NCBI RefSeq assembly: GCF_000143415.4
Contig: NW_003314266.1
Coordinates: forward strand, 3,032,604-3,096,603
From: Selaginella moellendorffii
Lineage: Eukaryota > Plantae > Lycopodiophyta
Direction of reading: 5' to 3'
DNA length: 64,000 nucleotides
In this document: piece after piece, positions 46,236 through 59,613 of the stretch
Layout of the letters: each line of letters opens with the position of its first letter
Position numbering within the stretch: the stretch's first letter is position 1
Notes under the pieces: generated by a model
Told to the model about the DNA's origin: nothing
The model's input: the letters and a program-made list of their open reading frames with translations, nothing else
The model's database searches: none
Position numbers and translations under genes: made by a program

Positions 46236-47135
46236 TTATTCTAACATCCTACATAAAAAATATATGAGTTTCATTTAGAGTGCTTCTACTGCAACTTTAT
46301 GGGAGAATTCTTTATTTTTCTTTCCATTTTTTTTATAAAAAAATTGCCTCATCAGCAACAAACAAGCCAATTTACATATATGGCTAATTTCTTAAGTTAC
46401 AAAGTTTTAGACTGATCACAAAAACTAAACATTCTCTTCAAAATAAAATGATCTAGATTCTTTTATATTGTGTTGTCAATTTCTCAATTCTTCTTGCAAA
46501 TTTTGCTATTGACAAATACTAGTACCCCAGAGATTTACATATTCCATCCTCTAGAAAATTGATACTCCAATCTAGGAATTGGGGACCGACCATTTGAGGC
46601 TCCTCTTTAGAACAGAAAGTTTCTGTACTGTAGTCTTGACTACATCAACAGAGATCACAAAGTTTGGCAAGGTTGAAGCTTGTAGTGGAAAAATCAAACA
46701 GTTTTGGCACGAGTCACAATAGGAAGGATGGGAGAACTTTTTTGATCCAACACAAGTGTGGGAAAAACCAGTAGAGTGCATTTGTCGGGAACTTTATTCA
46801 GCATTTCCAGAATAAGTCAAGGATGAGATTCTAAGAAGATCATGGGATTTAGCTTCTGAAACCTATATATTTACATGCCAGAGGTGTTGCAGACATGTGA
46901 TCCATGAACCAAAGTTTGAAGCTGTAAGGACCTTGACTAAACTTTGTGTTGTTTATTCTTGTAGGGATGTGCTGTAGCAAGTCACCATGGATTTCTTACC
47001 ATTCGCAATCAACGATGGTTGTCAATATTATTTTCTTATGGAAAGCAACATGCATTTATTATAATGTTTTTCACAATAGGCTCAAAGACACAAGATCTTC
47101 CTCCAGACTCCTGTTCTGCACTCCACTATAGGATG

Positions 47136-47790
47136 ATAAACTTCCCGCTATCTTCGACGTAGTCTCTCTCGCAAAATTCCCGCTTGGCGAGTCCATTGTC
47201 ACGAGCTCTCACCTATGCATTGGGTAAGTTTCCAATCTCCACTCCTCTTAATATGTGTGAGCTCCAAAAGTTTCTCAGGATCTCTTCGGCCTGGTTTCTG
47301 GAATCGTGGGGAGCTCGCCACCTCAACGTCGCCAGGAGCTTGTCCAAGCTAAAGAATCTGCCGGCGTGTATGCTCGTGAACGCAGTCGAGCGCAGGAAAT
47401 GCGCTGCTTCCAAGGACTCCTCCGAGTTACTGGTGGATAAATCCGACGACAGCGTCGTGGTTTCGGTCGTGGAAGGCTCCACGACCGTTTCGGAAAATCA
47501 GGAGCCTGTCCCTGTGGATCAAGTCGCGCTGAAGACTCAAGGCTGTGGCCGTCTGGGTCTCCGATGATGTGAGTGTCCAAGTCTACCTACAAGTGTCTTT
47601 TTTCACGTAGATGTCAAGTAGACTGTTTAAGTCAAATGAATAATTGCTTTCTTTCTGTCCCAAGACCAGCTTCTAGTCAAGTCATTCATTGTTCGGTCAT
47701 CCATAGCAATCAAATAGAATTAGTCATTCATGCACTGACTAACAGTCAAACGTCCATATGATAGCATTTTACTTCTAGCTATTGAGGTTG
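47136..47790 (+). pseudogene. Rearranged duplicate of the 43.26-44.01 kb locus (truncated orphan paralogue)
   Basis: 47136-47538 is the reverse complement of 43258-43686, while 47539-47790 is a direct copy of about 43699-44011. The ORF MCELQKFLRISSAWFLESWGAR.. lacks exon 2. Confidence 0.8.
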
Positions 47791-50700
47791 TGGGGGCTGT
47801 GTGTGTGGTCCTTGAACCCACTCATTTGCTGGGCACCTTGAGCAGGCTTCAAGCCGCAGACTGAAATATGCCGGCATGACCTTTGTAAACATCTTTGCAT
47901 GGTTTATTTAGGGAAAAACAAGACAAACAAGATAAAACAATAAGATCAATAAAGAAAATCTTTATCTATAGAGGTCATGCGCTTTACTTATTTTTTCTAA
48001 ATATTAATTTTCATTATGTTATTTTTACATGTGAGGTCCAAGTGTATAGTTAACGATATCAAATACTAATATTAGCATAGTGGAGCCCTCAAATTGGTTT
48101 TAATCCAGACTACTCACTTCTGTATATAAATTAAGGTTTTTGGTCTAATTGACATGTATATTTTTATATTCCATGTCCATATTCTATATACTCACATTGT
48201 TGAAAATGAGGGGTAACTTTGATTATTTCTGAGTGTTAGGATTTAGGATTTTGGTTTAGATCTAGCTTTTGCATTGTCTAAATCTCCTTTTTCTTATAGC
48301 TTTTTTCAACTTTTTATCTTTTTCTCTTTCTTTTTTATTCATCTTCATAATAAAGCATTAACCTCTTCCTTTTTTGACTTTAGAGTAGCATTTGGTGCAA
48401 TTATTAGATATTATGATTGTAGTTGAACAATTAAACTCAATTGATGGTAACATTCACAATGCATGGTACAACTCCTTCTATTGTTGCTGTTAATCCTTGA
48501 GTCTAGCTAGAGTTCTTTTATGGGGATCCTAGGGATGATGTATACTATTGGTTCAATCACTTCATAATAATTGTTACATATCATTCTTATGATGATGTTT
48601 GGTGTTTGCGTGAATTTCCCATGTATTTCAAAAGGATACCATTGCAATGGTATAATAGTTTGAGCGTAGCCACTCATGTCTTTTAAACATTTTCAAACTC
48701 GCATTTGGATAATGATGCTTTCTAACAATTGCATTGTCTTTGTCAAAGGCCATTTGAGTTTGTGATGTAATTTAGCATACGTTTTCAAAGCCTCTTGCTT
48801 TATTCAAAGCCCAATATGTTAAAGTGGATTAAGTTAGGAATGATGTGGCCAATACTTTGTTAAGATTTTGTAGGACTTATACATACACTTGCTCTAACCA
48901 CCCTTAATAATATTTTTTGTTTGGCATAACAGTATAAAATGTTATATTTTCCACTTTTCATTACACATCCTTTAGCTCCACTTCCTATAAGAGATGGTCC
49001 TATTCCCATGGAAGTTGATGCTATTATTGCCTGAGTTCATGGAAAAGGGCAAGGATGTGGTCGTGGCTATGATGCTCACTATTAGGCATATAATAAATCT
49101 AGTCACACTTATTGGTGTTATCGGCACTTTTTAGATTGATGACTTCCATTTCCTAGGTGGAGACTTTAGCATCAACAAAATGGTCATGTTCCAATGGAGG
49201 TTGATGCTATTGCTACTAAGTTCAAGGATAAAGGCAAGGACATGGTTGTGGTTGTGATGTCCGCTACTGAGCATGTCATGAAGTTAGTCACACTTATTGA
49301 CATTGTCGGTGTTTTTCGGATTGGCGATCTCCATTTCCTAGTTGGAGACTTTGGCATTAACAACATCCTATTAGTGCTGTTGCAGTAGAAGATTTGGACA
49401 CCAATATGTTTCTAAGAAATAAAGAGTCATGTGAGTAGCGGAAGGTCCTTACATAAATAAGTTAGTGACCCCTCCATCTTTTCTTTTAGAGTATCATCAA
49501 CGAGCACAATTTCACCATCCCAAGTTCAGGTCCAAGCTGTGTCGTCCATTCAATCAATTGAAAATAAACACTCCTGATAGGGGGTTCACTTAACACCAGT
49601 TCATCCAGTGTTTATTTGTCTATCTTCTATTGTTTTGCTTGTTGCCACATGTTATTGTCTACATTTGCATCATGCAATAAAGCTAGTTTTCATTTTATAT
49701 AGCAATAGTTGTACATATGTATGTGCATAAGATGTGGTAAACCTAGTTGTGCGTGTAGATTTTAAGTTTGAGCTGCAGTCATTGCAGGTGGTGTTAAGTC
49801 AAACTTTTGACTTCATCCTTGGTATAGATTGGTTGCAACACAATCATGCCAAGTGTGATTTTGAAGCTTCTCCCTCTTATCTTATATTTCTTCCATTCCT
49901 TTCTGTCCCTTTATTTCTACCTTTGTTTTTATCACTTTTATCTCCTCATTATTTCTTCTTATGTTTCCATCTTGTTATTTTATTCCCTCTTCTAATCCAT
50001 TTGATGGTCTTTGTATTGTAGTAGTTGACTAGCTTATAAAGGAGTATGCCGATCTCTTTGAATTTAACCTGTTGTTTGGAGTAAGATTGCAACATGTCAT
50101 CTGGGGGTGCTTGCTCAATCAAGATTTCTATTCATTGTCAATCACTAAAGAGATTAAGATTTTATATGTAAATATCAAGAAGATGTTGGAAAAGAGTGTT
50201 ATTTAAAAGTTGTGAAGTCCTTAGACATGTGAACCTTATCTTGTAACAAATCTTAATAGGAGTATTTATTTCTACATCAACTATCATCTGTTAAATGAAG
50301 TGATGATCTCGGATGTATACCATATTCCTCACATTGCTGATCTCTTAAATTGTCTAGGGAGAAGTTATTAGTTCACCAAGTTAGATTTTGCTTTCTTAGT
50401 TGGTTGAAAAAAGATATTTCTAAAATTGCTTTTTGTATACTATTTGGTTTGTATGAGTTTTTAGTGATGCCATTTGGCTTGAACAATACTCTAACAACTT
50501 TTTAGCGAATGATGGATGAGGTTCTTTGCGACATGCTGAAAATGATTATTGACTTCATCGATAATGTCTTGATCCACTTGGAAGGGATGTGGGAGGAACA
50601 CATTAATGATGTTCATAAAGTGTTGAATCAAATATAGGAAGTTTGTTCAAAATTAAAGCAGTCAAAATGTGTGTTTAGGTCCAAAATGCGTGTTTATCTT

Positions 50701-51783
50701 GGGTACTGTATTTCTCGCAAGGGCTTGCAAATTGATTTTAACAAACTTGTGGTTATTTTAAAGTTCTCTACTCCAAAGTATGTAAATGATATGCAATACT
50801 TTTTAGGCAAAGTGTAGTATTTTGATCGTTTTGTTGATCATTTTTTTGTTTGCACTACACCGTTGTAAACATTACTAAAGTTGTCAATGTTGTCTTTTAT
50901 TTGGTATATAGATTGTGAGTGGGTGTTTATGGATCTCAAAGAGGTATTGATGACTTTTTTAATTTTGATATATCCTAACTACACTTAACTTTTCATTTTG
51001 CATGTAAATGCTTTTAATATCAATCTTGAAGGTGTGCTGATATAAAAGAGCTTAAGTGTGCCTAGTTAGTACCATCCTATTACATATATTAATCATACAT
51101 TATAACCAATGGAGATGAACTACTTCATGACAAAGAAGGAGTGTTTAATAGTAATTTGGGGCTTCAAGGAACTTCATGCATATCTACATGGTTTTCGAAC
51201 ATTACTAAAAGGTGATCATGCTGCAATTATTTCATTATTGAAGTGGATAAACTTCGGTAATTATATTATTTAATGGGCTTTGAAGTTTCAAATATATGAT
51301 TTTGATATTGTTCATTGCCCGATGAGTTTTATGATTGATATTGATGCCCTTTCTCGAGCTCCTCTCCCTTCTTCACTCTCTTATCATGTTTTTAACAAGC
51401 CTGTTATTGTAACATCTGTGAATGTTTTAGATAAAGATTTTATACTATCAACTGTTGCTGTACTTAATGTTTAGTGTCTATAAGATGCAAAACAAGATCT
51501 ACTTTTTCTTGATAACGTTCATAAAGCTTAAAAGATTGAGCTATAGATTCAAAGGTTTAGTGATGGGTTTGAGAATCCTACATCACTCGTTAATAATTTA
51601 CCATTTTAGCATTTACATTCTCAATATTGCCTTTATGATAGTCTTCTTTATTTTGTGGAATGGATCCTCATGATCATTTATGACTAATGGTGCCTTTAAT
51701 CTTTATTCCACGCTTTTTCAATATTTACTATGATTCTCTTGTTCTAGGTGGGCATATAGAACATCGTCGTATGACTGAGAAAC

Positions 51784-52917
51784 TGTAAGCCACAAATTTT
51801 TCCTTTCCAATTTGCTAGCTTACCTCGTCTATCCGACCAACACTACCTTGGCTTGTGTTAAGTTCCCTCGCCAAGGTTCCCACCTATTGTACCAGCTCCT
51901 ACTTGGTCCTACTTGGTTTCAACTACTCACTGCATGAGCAACAGAGCGTTAGCCATCCATCCATGGATTCCCAAATCTCTCATAATCCCCCTCCCCGGGT
52001 TAGACTGGACTTAAGGTTCGGTTACACTCCCCGCAGGCATAAGCAGCTAAGCATACCAAGCCTCTAGGTTCCTAACACCCCTTGGTACCACAAGACTTGA
52101 TCATGGGACCCTCTAAATCCCAAACCTTGGGTGCAACACTTGCTTCGAGACATTGGGGCGAAACACCGTGGCCTAATGGCCTAATATGGGTACCTCTACC
52201 CCCCCACTTCCATCCCGAAGGGAAGGCCTAAGCCCCTAGGAAGGGCAAGGACCAATGAGCCACAAGGTACTCACGTGGGGCACCACTCCACATGAGCCGG
52301 GAGCACCGCAGTTAGTTTCCCTTTTCGGGAGTGGGAGCTGCTCTTGAGCACTTCCCTGGGTGGCCCCTCCAGCACCACCCAAGCCCATGCTCACTCCCAC
52401 CCAAGGCCCCTCGGCCCCAATCTCAACCTCAAGTTAGTTTAAAAGCACCACTGGAGAGTTCCTTCAAGACTAGTTCCTGGACCTCACTATCCCTATTATA
52501 CTTTTGGAACCCCCTACAGCCCCCCCCCCTGGGAGACACACGCTTTGGGCTTTCACCCCTTGATCCGTATTAGTATTTGGACTTAGTCTTGGATTCGATC
52601 TCGGACTCGATCTCGGACCTGACTTCGGACTTGGTCTTGGACTCGATCTCAGACTCGATCTCAGACCCGATCTCGGACTTGACTTCGGACTCGACCTCAG
52701 ACTCGGTCTTGGACTTGATTTGGATCTTGGACTCTGTGTCGAACTTGGTCTCCGATTCGGCCTCGGACTCGATCCCGGACTCTATCTTGAACTTGGTCCC
52801 AGAGTCGGTCTTGGACTCGATCTTCGACTCGGTCCCATCCGATGAACTCTTTGTCATTTCGGTCATGCTTTTGGGGATCCTTTAGCCTACGACACCTCGG
52901 GGAGTCGGTTCCTTATA
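51784..52917. mobile_element. Nested solo LTR 1 (TGTAAG..CTTATA), TSD GAAAC
   Basis: GAAAC at 51779-51783 and 52918-52922; termini homologous to solo LTR 2. Confidence 0.85.
52577..52830. repeat. 12-bp-period minisatellite (tcggactcgatc variants) inside solo LTR 1
   Basis: Visible repeats of ggactcgatctc/ggacttggtctt. Confidence 0.85.
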
Positions 52918-52953
52918 GAAACTACACATGTCTTTCTATTAACTAGAGATGCG

Positions 52954-53367
52954 TGTAAGCTACAAATGTTTCCTTTCCAATTTGCCAACTTACCTCGTTT
53001 ATCCAACTAACACTTCTTTAACCTTAGCTAAATTCCCTCGCCAAGATTCCTACCTATTGTACCAGCTCTTACTTGGTCCTACTTGGGTTCAGCTACTCAC
53101 TACACGAATAATAAAGTATTAACCATCCATTTATAGATTCCCAAATCTCTCCCAATCCCCCTCCCCGGGTTAGACTAGACTCGGTGCACTCTTGTTCATA
53201 GGCCCTTTCCCTCTATATTTGAACCCCATAGATCGTCTTTTGAGTCGTTCTCTTTAATTGCTTACATTAATCTCAAACTCGGTCCCATCCAATGAATTCT
53301 TTATCATTTCGGTTGTGCTTTCAGGGATCCTTTAGCCTACGACACCTCAAGGAGTTAGTTCCTTACA
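52954..53367. mobile_element. Nested solo LTR 2 (TGTAAG..CTTACA), shorter version, TSD ATGCG/ATGTG
   Basis: First ~230 bp and last ~90 bp match solo LTR 1; flanks at 52949-52953 and 53368-53372. Confidence 0.82.
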
Positions 53368-54989
53368 ATGTGATGTGATGTTATTCGGTATGTGCATAGT
53401 TGTATTTGGTGCCAAACTCATAATACTCCCCCTTGTGCTATAAAAAGATGATTGGAGTCAATTACAATTTCCCATCCATTTGAGTTAGTGGCATTTGATT
53501 TGATGGGTCTTTTCCATAATTAATTGTTGGCAATGAGTATTTCATTATGGCTTCTAACTACTTAACTCACTAGGTGGAAGTTGGTGCTCTTGCTAGCATG
53601 TTTACAACTACTGTTAGATACTTCCCCCTCAATTGAGTAGTGTTTTAGCATTTGTCCAAAGTAAATTCTTTCGAATAATAGTCCCACATTTATGGTTGAC
53701 GTATTTATGTTTTAACATCTTGGTTGGGGATACATCACACTTTCACGAGTGTTTATTATCCACAATCAGATGGTTTAGTGGAATAGTTCATTCGAACATT
53801 TAAATGGATGATTGCAAAATACGTGAACTTTTAGCATTCAGATTAGAATGGTTATTTGCCTTCTTTTTTATATGCGTATGTCATAAGGGTGCAGAGTTTT
53901 ATTGGTGCTTCACCATATAAATTTTTATATAGTCATAATTTAATATTACCAATGGAGTTAGGTTTACCTTCGTGATTGCTACAAACTACTGATATTAAGT
54001 CATGGGATCAATATTTGATGAGCATTTTTCTATTTGTCTAAGCAAAATCTACTGAACACCTAGGTTAGATACAAGTGGGATAATAATAGTGCCAGCATCA
54101 TCCACCTATGAAATACAAAATGGATGATTTAGTGTTAGACTATTTTCCCAATTTTACAATACATAAATTATCTAAAGGACCTTTTACTCAATAGAAAGGA
54201 TTATATGGGGTGTTATAGCCAGTTGGACCATAAGTTTATGAGGTTCAATATGATGTCCACCAGGCCAATCCTCTAAAAATTATATATGTGTAACAATTGA
54301 AATGCTTTGTATAAAGGGATCAGACACAACTGACACCACTTATAAATTCATTAATGCCTCCTTTTGATATTCCTCCAAATCTTGGCCCATCTATGAGAGA
54401 ACTTTGATAGTCTTCATCATTCTAAAAGGAGGGGATGATGTGAGGTTTAAATGTATGGCTACGATGCCATATACTAATATTAGCATAATGGGATTTTAGT
54501 AACTATTAGATTGATTTCAATTTGGACCATTCACTCAATTAAATTGATATGCATATTTCTATATTCTATTTCCATATTCCATATCTATATTCCATGCACT
54601 CACATACATAAATTATAGTTGAATAATTGTTTCACTAAGTTTTTTGTTTGCTTAAGCATTTTACTGTCAATGAAATAAATCTGTATTATTCAGCTTGCTT
54701 CAAGTTTTTTTATAGGTGCTCTAGCCAGCTAGTGTCATTTTTCTAAAATTATTCTTTCCATAAAAACAGCACTAAAATTTCTTTTTGATTAGCTTGGATA
54801 ATAGCATTATCCTCTTGGCTCCTCTAATATTTATGTGGCAACGATCCCTCATCCAAACTTTATGTGGCATCAGAGTGTACTTGTTGGGTCGATTCCAATG
54901 GTAAAAACTTCACCAATAACTATTCATCATTTTGTACCACCACATACTCTTGCTGGTGTTTGTGATCTTGTTAGCTGGTTATGTTGTTA

Positions 54990-55868
54990 TTGCATCATGT
55001 CCTGCAAAGCCAATTTGTTATAAATGAATTTAGGCTTCCAATCTTGAACCACCGGTATCCAAAGGAACTGTCTCAAACAGGTTGTTCCCGTGGACTTCGT
55101 TCTTATGGCCTCATGCTCTGGCCTGCTCTGTTGTTTTCATAAAGCTGGACCGACTTGACGCCCCCATTGTCACGCTACATGGAGCGGCCATGGTTGTTGC
55201 GGGTGGCCGTTTGCAATCCTCGCACTGGCTCCTACTTAAGCTTGGATTACACTGTGACCTAATGATGTGTATCAGATTAAGCTGGAAATGAGAGGCAACC
55301 AGGACGAGTTCAGCATTCACGTGCTCTGCACACAATCAGCAAACCGTTTATACTTGGCACTCAAACTCCAGAGTCTGGAATTCTTCAGCCTATAGTGGCA
55401 TGTTGACTGGGCATGGAGCTTCCAGGATAGCAAGTTGCAGGCTTGTGATATTGGCTCTGAAACATGGACCGGAATGCCATTTCCAGGGAGCTTGGGACGA
55501 CTTACCACTGCCACAAGGATACTCTTACTTCAGGGCGGATCCCTTCCGCCAAGGTGATGGTGGTTGGCCAGTGCCAAAATAATGAAACAGGTCCATATGG
55601 TATTGTATTGCTGGAGCTGGAAGAAGGTGGACGTGAGTGGAAGCCGGTAGCGTGGGCAAGCAGCGGCCAGTTTGCAGATTATGGGACTTAAACTTCACAA
55701 CGCGTTGCTGATTCGCCTCTTCAGGGCGGTGATCTGGTAGTGATAAACGCAGGAATTCTGAATCAGCCCGTAGCTTTCCACCTCAAGCATCACAATTGGT
55801 TGGAACTTCCTGCAAGCGTTTGCCGCTGCGGCCTCACTGTCCAGTCAGTCTGCATTTACAACCTGTAG
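54990..55868 (+). pseudogene. F-box-associated/kelch-like beta-propeller gene remnant
   Basis: FVLMASCSGLLCC, ACDIGSETW, VMVVG..IVLLELEEGGREWKPV, PVAFHLKHHNWLELP, interrupted by stops and frameshifts. Confidence 0.45.
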
Positions 55869-56599
55869 GCTGCTAACGATTCCTCAGAAAGCTCCCCTCT
55901 CAAATGGGCAAATTTACCTCCAATTACAATTTGTTTTGGAACCCTGGTCAGGCTGCTTCAGGAAAATAGTGCAGAGATATTGATGGTGTACCACTTCACA
56001 AAGAGGTTGTCCACGGTTGGTGTTTATTAGATGATAAAGAAATTAATGTAACTATGGAATGAACCTCATTTTAGAGTTTAAGAATATAACTTATAAACAT
56101 GTTTATACAAGGTTGGTTTAAATGCTTAGATCAAGTTCGTTTTTCAGTACTACGTAAGAGATTTGAGTCTTAAATGGCCTGACCGATCTCGCAGAGCAGC
56201 TGTCTTACGGAGCTTTGAACAGGCGAGAAGATCAAGCTTTAAACGTGAACGTCAGCCTTTCTGCCAGCAAAAATTGACTCTCCTCTGCTTCGAACCGAGA
56301 GAGTCTATGATAAAACTCTTGTTATTTGCAGATTCCAGAAGCACATTGTAACTTTTTGCCGCTCCATTGCAAATATTTCGGACACGAAGTCTTCACGCAT
56401 TCAATGACCTGCAAATTAAAAGGTTTGGTGGCGGTAGGAGGTCGACCTTATCTCGTGTTTGCGATGCTCACTATAAATACTGCCACCCCAAACTTCTTCC
56501 TCCACACACACCGAGTTCTTCCATAGTTTTCTCCCTAGTCACTTGCTTCCTGGTTCTTGGGTTTTTCATCGTCAATCTATCGATTCATTGATCTTAGCA

Positions 56600-57046
56600 A
56601 TGAAGCGTGGTATCACGGTTCTCGCATTGTTCTTGGTTATCCTCCTCGCGCTTGATGGAGTTCTTGCGATGCGCTCCCTGGCAGAGGAAGAGAAGCAGCC
56701 ATCCAAGAAATCTCCCGATGTGAGTGATCAAGAGGAGGAAGAGGAGGTGTTCCAGCCTCAAGGTGGTGGATACTATGGCGGAGGCCGAGGAGGATACGGT
56801 GGCGGCCACGGCGGTCGCGGAGGATATGGCGGGGGATACGGAGGCGGGCGAGGAGGCTACGGTGGTGGATACGGTGGCGGCCGCGGAGGGTACGGTGGTG
56901 GCCGTGGAGGGTACGGTGGCGGGTATGGCGGTGGCCGCGGTGGGTACGGTGGCGGGTACGGTGGCGGCCGTGGCCATGGCGGGTACGGCGGTGGCTATGG
57001 TGGCGGACGTGGCCATTTCTCCGAGGGAGAAGACGTTGCCCCTTGA
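56600..57046 (+). CDS. Secreted glycine-rich cell-wall protein (GGGY/GGGR repeats)
   Basis: Signal peptide MKRGITVLALFLVILLALDGVLA, acidic pro-region, (GGYGGGR)n; TATA ctataaata at about 56472. Confidence 0.9.
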   Translation: MKRGITVLALFLVILLALDGVLAMRSLAEEEKQPSKKSPDVSDQEEEEEVFQPQGGGYYGGGRGGYGGGHGGRGGYGGGYGGGRGGYGGGYGGGRGGYGGGRGGYGGGYGGGRGGYGGGYGGGRGHGGYGGGYGGGRGHFSEGEDVAP

Positions 57047-57577
57047 AAGGTTCTCGCTTTAAACTTTATAAAAAGGTAGTCAAAGTAAAATTAAAATACT
57101 CCGTGAAATAAAACTTTTATTTTCACCTGGGATATGGTTTTGATTTGGAGAGATCATAGCTCGTACCTCCTGTGATTCCTTCCATCAAAATCTTTCTTTC
57201 TTGATTTGGCCAAAAGGCTGTGATTGACCCTTGGAATATATCTCCCGTGTTCAACGATACTGCCGTACGAAAAAGGAATTCCCGCGCGAAAGGAAAAATA
57301 TCGTACACGTGTTTGAGTGACAGCCACAAGGTACTGCTTAATGCCTATCCAGGTGGGCATTCTTTCTTCTCTAAGTGAGATTTTAGGGCGCGCGGGGACC
57401 GCCGCGACTGCGATCTCTCGATTTCCCAGGCGCGCGGATGATCGAGGTAAGCTCCCATCGATTCGTGCTGTAGATTAGGAGATAGTACAGCGCAAATGCG
57501 CCACGGCACCACGGAATTTCCACACGCGCAGGAATTAACACTGTTCCTGCGCTGTGATCCAGGTTTAAGCGGGCAGT

Positions 57578-59613
57578 ATGTCATTGTGCACTTCCTCCTC
57601 AGGGCACAGCTTTCCCGAGCTTAGATTCTCGTGTCATTCGCGGCTAGTGAAGAAATCCCAGCATCTCGGCACCAAATTTTCCCAGGGAGTGTTTCTGGTG
57701 GGGTACAAGCAATCATGCTCGTGGGGGCATCACTTTCGCAAGCGAGCTAGAGCATCGAGGCACGTTAGAGCTTTTTTGCAAGATGGGATAGATTGTGGTG
57801 CCACTAGTCCGGATAGGGAGCCACTTCCCGGTATTAAAAAAGGAGGAGGAGGAGGAGCTTCTAGGTGGTGCTCCTCGAGTGATCACAAAGAGACTACGGA
57901 GAGAAGTCGAGTTAAGGAGGAAGAGTTTTCGATCGACGCTGCCAAGCTTCCTCAAGTGTTCCAGCTTCTATCCGCTTGGGATACCTTGTCCGAGAGGTTG
58001 TCTCCGGAGATTTTGCAGTGCAATGGTTCCCAGCTGCTTTTATCCACGCTGAAAGTCGCATTACCGGCGTTACAGCTCGCTCCATACTCTAAAGACGGAA
58101 GGTTTCAACTCTCCCGAGCGCTTGCCATCGCTTACACGCTCGCTGATCTTCATGTAAGCCGTGGCTTTGCAAAGTTCCTGTTGGAGTTTTACAGTATGTT
58201 TTGTTTTTTCTCGCGCAGATGGATGCTGAAGTTATTGCATCGGGCATTCTCCGTGTTGCTATGGAGACAGAGGTTCTATCTCTTACTGATGTGCAACGAG
58301 AACTTGGTGCTGGGGCTTTCCACCTTCTTGACGACTCCTTGCGGGTGAATCAACTCGCTTGTTGTCTAGACAATCTGGACGATGAAAACGCCAACATGCT
58401 TCGTGACTTTTCGCTTGCTTATCACGACATCCGGGCTATGGTTGTGGAGCTTGCTTCTCGCCTGGACGAGATGCGGCACGTCGACTGCCTTCCAAGGCTT
58501 CGCCAGCAGATGGCGGCTCTGGAAAACATGCAACTCTATGCTCCTCTGGCTCACGCTCTGGGACTTGGCACTCTATCTCAGGAACTGGAAGACATGGCAT
58601 TTCGGATTTTGTTTCCCGATTCGTACCAGTGCGTCGAGGACTGGCTCCAGAGCCACTGGGGAGACGGAGAAGCTATTATCGCGGAGTCTATAAAGCAACT
58701 GAAGGCTGCCTTAGAGGCTGACAGTGTGCTTCAAGGCATGGTAGAGTCCGTGAAGGTGACAGGCAGGCGTAAGAGTCGATTCAGCACGATGAAGAAGCTG
58801 CTCAGAGATGGCCGGGGGCCCGACCAAGTTTACGACATACTCGGTCTTCGGGTAATCCTTTTTCCGAAGACTGGTGCTGGAGAGGAAGCTGGCATTGCGG
58901 CTTGCTACAGGGCTCAGAAGATTGTCACCAATATGTGGAAAGAAGTACCAGGGAGAATGAAGGACTACATTGCAAAGCCGAAGCTAAATGGATACTCGAG
59001 CTTGCACTTGGCGGTTTTCTTGACAAAATACGGTCCATGGAGTTTGCCTATGGAGCTTCAAATCCGAACTTCGGCTATGCACGCGCATGCTGTCGCTGGA
59101 GGTTCGTCACACGCACTATACAAAGGAGGCCTTACGGATCCCCGACAGGTTTGTCGAGTCTTTATTCTGTTTTCTCAGCGATTTAACGGTGCTCTTTTCA
59201 GGTTGAAAATTTCAAGGCCGTTATGCTTGCAGCGGCTAAAACTGCTGCGTGCCGGTTTCAAAGTGATACGGTGTCTGAACCGAATGCCGATCACGTTTTT
59301 AGAATGTTCGATAAAAACAGCGATGGAATTATCAGCAAGGAAGAATTTCACGATGTACTTTTACAGCTTGGAGCAGACAAAGGTGACACCTCCGAACTTC
59401 TGAGGCTTTTAGACACCAACACAGATGGATCTGTTGATACCAACGAGTTTGCAGAATTAAAGCGACAGGTACTATCATACTGAATGACATAGTCTAAGAC
59501 GTTCTCTGCAGGTTCGAGCTTCTCCACAGAATAGCCGCCTTAGATTCCAAATCCAAAGGAACAAGGACTTCAGCAACAGCTTGCAACATACAATCCAGCT
59601 TTCAGTATTTTGA
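57578..59613 (+). CDS. CRSH: Ca2+-activated RelA/SpoT homologue (plastid ppGpp synthase with EF-hands)
   Basis: Transit peptide, LYAPLAHALG..ELEDMAF, GRRKSRFSTMKKLLRDGR, DILGLRVIL, KDYIAKPKLNGYSSLH, ELQIRT, EF-hands DKNSDGIISKEEF and DTNTDGSVDTNEF. Last-exon frame less certain. Confidence 0.93.

Larger units (their letters stand above)
48030..54604 (+). mobile_element. Decayed Ty3/gypsy LTR retrotransposon
   Basis: LTRs TGTGAG..CTCACA at 48030-48196 and 54439-54604, flanking TACA/TACA, PPT aaaaggagggg before the 3' LTR. Remnants: PMEVDA, FILGIDWL, YEFLVMPFGL, FIDNVLI, DALSR, H2C2, PFELVAFDL, YPQSDGLVE. Confidence 0.92.

Noticed and set aside
52570-52885. ESKIESE/DSISD repetitive ORFs
   Set aside because: Translation artefacts of a 12-bp minisatellite inside a solo LTR.
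51784-53367. Single TRIM-like element with two LTRs
   Set aside because: Each LTR has its own TSD and the spacer is in-frame host integrase sequence.
57578-59613. Bacterial-type genes (RelA/SpoT, also ClpC) as HGT or contamination
   Set aside because: Both have spliceosomal introns and transit peptides and are standard plant plastid families.
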